From NCBI GenBank assembly GCA_020722965.1, contig DYJT01000008.1, positions 28,474 to 92,473 of the forward strand: a stretch of DNA of 64,000 bases, in the 5' to 3' direction. The notes under the pieces are model-generated. The model worked only from the letters and a program-made list of their open reading frames with translations. It was not told the origin of the DNA and ran no database searches. The position numbers and the translations under genes are program-made. This DNA is from Brachyspira murdochii. Its GTDB lineage: Bacteria; Spirochaetota; JAAYUW01. This document shows, one piece after another, positions 59,655 through 64,000 of the stretch (positions within the stretch are counted from its first letter, which is position 1; each line of letters begins with the position of its first letter).

Positions 59655-60419
59655 ATGAAAGCAAAAGAAATAGATTTAAAAAAAGTTAAACCCTATGGAG
59701 ATACTCTTGATGATGGCAAAATACAGTTTTCTTTTACTTTGCCAGTTCCATATGGCGATGAGGCTAAAGAATGTGCAAAAAGATATCTGGAGGGACTTGG
59801 ATTCGAAAATGTTATGATTACCCACATGGATTCAATGGGCAAGGGTTTTTCTTTTTTTGTCGCATATGGTGCTGCAACTAAGACTATAGATTTTACATCA
59901 ATAGTTGTTCCAAAGGCAAACAAAGAAATATGGGATAAACACACTATAATTGAAAAAATAGAAAATGAACTGGGAAGGCAAATTGTCTTAGTTGGCGCAT
60001 GTATTGAATCTGATGCCCACACAGTTGGAATAGATGCTATTTTAAACATGAAGGGTATTGCAGGACACAAAGGATTGGAATCTTACCATGGAGTTCAAGT
60101 TTATAATATGGGTGCACAGGTTCCTTCCGAAGAAGTTGTTGCTTTAGCCAAAAAGGTAAATGCCGATGTTATATTAATTTCTCAAATTGTAACGCAGAAA
60201 GATGTGCATATTGCAAATATGACTAAATTCATTGAGATTCTTGAGGCTGAAAAATTAAGAGATAAAATTATAGCAATTGCAGGGGGTCCTCGGATAACTC
60301 ATGAACTAGCTTTGGAACTTGGATTCGATGCTGGTTTTGGAGTAGGTACATTTCCCGAAGATGTTGCCACATTTATAGTTCAAATGCTTTTGAAAAAGAA
60401 AAATGAAAAAAGAATATAA
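59655..60419 (+). CDS. kamE: Lysine 5,6-aminomutase beta subunit (B12-binding Rossmann subunit)
   Basis: 254 aa with the cobalamin-binding motif DxHxxG (ESDAHTVGID) in a C-terminal Rossmann-like domain. Confidence 0.8.
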   Translation: MKAKEIDLKKVKPYGDTLDDGKIQFSFTLPVPYGDEAKECAKRYLEGLGFENVMITHMDSMGKGFSFFVAYGAATKTIDFTSIVVPKANKEIWDKHTIIEKIENELGRQIVLVGACIESDAHTVGIDAILNMKGIAGHKGLESYHGVQVYNMGAQVPSEEVVALAKKVNADVILISQIVTQKDVHIANMTKFIEILEAEKLRDKIIAIAGGPRITHELALELGFDAGFGVGTFPEDVATFIVQMLLKKKNEKRI

Positions 60420-61455
60420 CCTTTTACCGGGTCCATCTGGCTTAGTTGAAGAATTCGCAAGATATCTTGTTAAAAACCCAATATCTCAGAGAAGTAAAGA
60501 ATTTTTAAATATCTGGTTTAATGTTAAAGAAAATTTAAAAATACTTTTAGATAATCCTTATGGTGAAATAGCAATACTTACCTGTTCAGCCACTGGAGCC
60601 ATGGAAGCATCTATTCTTTCACTATGCGATGAAAAAAGCAAGGTTCTTGTAATTTCAACTGGTAAATTCGGGGATAGATTTTATGAGATTTTAAGTGGAT
60701 ACTCTATAAATGCAAAAAGAATTTCGTTTTTTGAAGAAAAAAAGATAAACTATGATATAATAGATAAAGAGCTTTGTGATAATAGTTATACTCATATCAC
60801 TTATCAGATCTGTGAGACATCTACCGGGATATTTTGTGATCCACAGATCATAGGGAAATTGTCCCAAAAACATAATTGTCTTACCATAGCCGATGGTGTA
60901 TCTGCATTTTTATCTGATTATATCTATCAAAAAGAGTATAATATTGATGTTGTAATTCTTGGTTCTCAAAAAGGATTCAATTCCCCTGCCGGTCTTTCCT
61001 TTATTAGTTTATCTAAGAGGGCTTTAAATATACTTATGCAAAATGATGTTAAATCATATTATTTTAATCTGAAAAAATATCTTGATCAACCACCTTTTAC
61101 ACCTGCCATTAATACCATATTTTATATAGATAAAATTATAGATAAAGTTTTAAAAATTGGCTATAAAAACCTAATCGAAAGAAATGCTCAGATTGCCTAT
61201 AATTTTAGAGATCGTTGTTTTAAATATGATTTATCTCTTTTTTCAAGGGACCCATCCAATGGGGTTTCGGTAATAGAATTTTTTGATTCGGAAAAGTTTA
61301 TTGAATTTTGTGAGAGAAAATTTAATTTATATATTGGACATGGTCAGGGTTCACTAAAAGGAAAGGTTTTTAGAGTAGGTCATTTAGGTTTGACAGAATT
61401 AAAAAATTATAATATTCTTTTTTTAGCATTAAAAGAATTTTTCAACATCAAATAA
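60403..61455 (+). CDS. Class V (AGXT/serine-pyruvate-like) PLP-dependent aminotransferase
   Basis: N-terminal LLPGPSG. PLP-Lys block (GSQKGFNSPAGLS). C-terminal FRVGHLG. Overlaps the kamE stop by 17 nt. Confidence 0.7.
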   Translation: MKKEYNLLPGPSGLVEEFARYLVKNPISQRSKEFLNIWFNVKENLKILLDNPYGEIAILTCSATGAMEASILSLCDEKSKVLVISTGKFGDRFYEILSGYSINAKRISFFEEKKINYDIIDKELCDNSYTHITYQICETSTGIFCDPQIIGKLSQKHNCLTIADGVSAFLSDYIYQKEYNIDVVILGSQKGFNSPAGLSFISLSKRALNILMQNDVKSYYFNLKKYLDQPPFTPAINTIFYIDKIIDKVLKIGYKNLIERNAQIAYNFRDRCFKYDLSLFSRDPSNGVSVIEFFDSEKFIEFCERKFNLYIGHGQGSLKGKVFRVGHLGLTELKNYNILFLALKEFFNIK

Positions 61456-61469
61456 GATGGGGAGCAATT

Positions 61470-62705
61470 TTGAGTAGCCCAATAGGTGGAAATGAATTAA
61501 ATATGATTTTGCTTTCAGCAATAAATGTAATTAAGCAAATTAGTAATGTTGAGCTTACAAAAAAGCATATATTTAGTTCACATGAATCTTTAACTATCAA
61601 CGCTGATCTACTTTTAATTAAATTATCGGGAGATATTACAGGAGATATCCTTATCAAATTTGATAATAACCTAAAAAAAATAGTATTAGAAAAATTTTTG
61701 AACAATTACTCCGAAATTAAGGATTCCAAAAATACAGAATTAGAAAATTCTGCGTTTAATGAGATTGGAAATCTTATTTCAGCAAAAATGACAAATTTTC
61801 TTTCGGTAGAAAACAAAAAAGTTGATATTTCATCTGTGTCCTTTATCCCTTCAAAAGAAGAGATATTTTATGAATCTATTTTCGCTATTAATATGACAAG
61901 CGATTTTGGTGACTTATCAATTTATCTTTGTTTAAATGAAATAAAATATGAAAGATCTATCTCTTTCATTTTCTATGGATTTTCCGAAGACTCTATGGAA
62001 GAGATTATAAATGATTTCATTCCAAAAGGCTTTGAAGTATATTATGCTCAAAATAGTACCGAATTTTTAAATCAGATCAAATCAAAAAAATTCGATATAG
62101 CAGTTATAGATTTTTATGTAGTTTACCAGGATTTCAATATATTTTTAAAATCATATTTTTCATCCCTGGATTATAAGATAAATCTTATCTTTGGAGTTAC
62201 TAAATTAGATACAATAAAATTCCAGGGTATATCTGCAAATAGTGATAAATACCAGATTATTGGTTTATTTTTAAAAACTTTTTCAATCAAAGAAATAGTT
62301 AAATATATCTATTCAATACTTCAAAAGATAGGAATAAGAGCTAACGATAGAAGAAAACATGTTAGAGTTATACTTTCTGATAATACCAGATATTTTGTTA
62401 CTGTTGATGAAAAAAATTATAAATTTACAGCAAAACTTTTAGATATTTCAATGGGTGGTTTTAAAGCTCAAATTGATATTACCAAAGAAAAAGATAAAAA
62501 CGAAAATAAAGTAATTAAAAAAATACCCGAAATAAGCAGCTTGTTAAATAATGTAGATATGTTTTTAAAATACAATAGGCTAAAAGTTAGCTGCAAAGTT
62601 GTTTATAGCAATGATAAATGTTTTTCAGTATCTTTCATTAATTTAACAGAACAGGACAAGAATACCTTAGCAAATGTGATATTTAAAATTTTATGCAACA
62701 AATAA
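61470..62705 (+). CDS. CheC/CheX-like domain fused to a C-terminal PilZ domain
   Basis: The N-terminal ~130 aa look like a CheC/CheX phosphatase fold (alternating hydrophobic pattern, ...NEIGNLISAKMTNFLS...). The C-terminus has PilZ motifs (RRKHVRV ... DISMGGFKAQI). Confidence 0.5.
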   Translation: MSSPIGGNELNMILLSAINVIKQISNVELTKKHIFSSHESLTINADLLLIKLSGDITGDILIKFDNNLKKIVLEKFLNNYSEIKDSKNTELENSAFNEIGNLISAKMTNFLSVENKKVDISSVSFIPSKEEIFYESIFAINMTSDFGDLSIYLCLNEIKYERSISFIFYGFSEDSMEEIINDFIPKGFEVYYAQNSTEFLNQIKSKKFDIAVIDFYVVYQDFNIFLKSYFSSLDYKINLIFGVTKLDTIKFQGISANSDKYQIIGLFLKTFSIKEIVKYIYSILQKIGIRANDRRKHVRVILSDNTRYFVTVDEKNYKFTAKLLDISMGGFKAQIDITKEKDKNENKVIKKIPEISSLLNNVDMFLKYNRLKVSCKVVYSNDKCFSVSFINLTEQDKNTLANVIFKILCNK

Positions 62706-62716
62706 TATATCTTTTA

Positions 62717-64000
62717 TCATCTATTTAAACTTGCTTTATTCTTATTAAATATAAAATTTATCATTACATAATGAGCCAGATATATCAATAAAAGCATTAT
62801 AAAACCAAGGTTTTTACTTAAATTTATATAGATTATAAATATCTTTAATCTTTTACATAAAAGCAAAAAAATTGATAATAGATTAAAAAGGCCACTACTA
62901 ATATTGCTTGAAATCGAAAATGGATTAAAAATCAACGAAAAAATCGTGAAGTAAATAGCAAAACTAAAAAGTGGTATTGCAATCAAATTTATAAAAGGAG
63001 ATAGAAGATTAATTTTACCAAAATATGCTGAAATTAAAGGAAATTGAAAGATAAAAATATCAAGACTTGAAATGAGTGGGATAAATAAAATTTTCGCAAG
63101 TACCCCTTTAATTTTTGGCACAAGGTAAAATACTGCTGTTAAAGCTACAATTGCAGTTAGTGATAGAAAAAAACTTACAGATATAATGCTTTGAGGTTCG
63201 GTTATGAAAACTAAAAGAGTTAAAATCGCGATTATATTTTCGAAACAAATTTTAATTTTATATCTTTTAATTATCAAAGCAATAACCAATGAATAAAAAG
63301 CTCTTAAAAATGATACCTGCCAGCCAGCAAAAGCTAAGTAGATAAGAGAGAATATTATTAATATTATTGAGTTAGTTGAAAATATCCCAACAATTAAAAG
63401 CAAAATACTTAAATGTTGCCCGGATAATGCAAAAAGGTGTGAGGTTCCTGTGTCATTAAAAGCTTCAATCAAAGGTTGATAGATAAATTGCTTACTACCT
63501 GTTAAGATTGCATAGATATTTGCCGCATTCCACCTATCATAATATAGATTTAATTTTTCGAATAATATTATCCTTATCTTCATCCTTAAACTATTTATAA
63601 AATTGCCTTCTTTTATTTTTTTTATTGAATCTATTTTTGATAAAGAAATAGGTTTTTTATTTTCAAGAAAATTTAAAGTAGAATATTTTTTAAGTATATC
63701 TGACTTAAAAAGATATATATCTCCAGATGCAAGATTTAACATAGAATCCGAATAAAAATAGATAGCTATCTTTGTTTTTTCAATTTTATTAAAATCGGTA
63801 AATCCTATGATATAAGCCTTTACCCTGGAATATTTTTCAAAATCCTGATAAAAATCCGTTGTTTTCACATAAAAGTAAGGATATTTTGCTATAAGCATAG
63901 ACAATGTAGAATAGCTATAACTTATATCAGAAATTGAATATCTATATAAGATCGAAAAATTAAAAATTAAAAGAAGGATTAAGATTAGAACTATAAGATT
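62717..64000 (-). CDS. comEC: ComEC/Rec2-family competence membrane protein; 5' end runs off the window
   Basis: Polytopic membrane protein with a ComEC competence-domain block (GTSHLFALSGQHLSILL). The reading frame stays open upstream of the track's TTG start all the way to position 64000. Confidence 0.7.
   Translation of the reverse strand, partial: NLIVLILILLLIFNFSILYRYSISDISYSYSTLSMLIAKYPYFYVKTTDFYQDFEKYSRVKAYIIGFTDFNKIEKTKIAIYFYSDSMLNLASGDIYLFKSDILKKYSTLNFLENKKPISLSKIDSIKKIKEGNFINSLRMKIRIILFEKLNLYYDRWNAANIYAILTGSKQFIYQPLIEAFNDTGTSHLFALSGQHLSILLLIVGIFSTNSIILIIFSLIYLAFAGWQVSFLRAFYSLVIALIIKRYKIKICFENIIAILTLLVFITEPQSIISVSFFLSLTAIVALTAVFYLVPKIKGVLAKILFIPLISSLDIFIFQFPLISAYFGKINLLSPFINLIAIPLFSFAIYFTIFSLIFNPFSISSNISSGLFNLLSIFLLLCKRLKIFIIYINLSKNLGFIMLLLIYLAHYVMINFIFNKNKASLNR

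Overview
This is a densely coded, very AT-rich window (roughly 28-30% GC by eye) of a bacterial chromosome. It carries about 60 protein genes on both strands, one tRNA-Phe, one cobalamin riboswitch and several clean rho-independent terminators. I see no mobile elements or CRISPR. The gene content points to an anaerobic, amino-acid-fermenting, motile, diderm organism. Lysine-fermentation enzymes are present in two places: kce and kal at 37-38 kb, and the B12-dependent lysine 5,6-aminomutase kamDE at 58-60 kb. There is also butyrate kinase and NAD biosynthesis (nadA, nadC). c-di-GMP and chemotaxis signalling are unusually dense: a GAF-HD-GYP protein, a GGDEF cyclase, two PilZ proteins (one fused to a CheC/CheX-like domain) and a 7TM-MCP. 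The strongest non-coding signal is a canonical cobalamin riboswitch on the minus strand at about 55.2-55.36 kb. It sits at the head of an operon for a lipoprotein, TonB and a TonB-dependent receptor, about 2.5 kb from kamDE. Other features worth a second look are a 1.9 kb gene-free island between cca and comM, perfect 18-bp tandem repeats between lgt and hsp20, an orphan groES, an orphan citX-like gene beside an EndoQ-like PHP/Zn-ribbon gene, and a histidine-kinase-like protein with no recognisable ATPase domain. All calls come from reading the translations and the DNA by eye; no searches were run.
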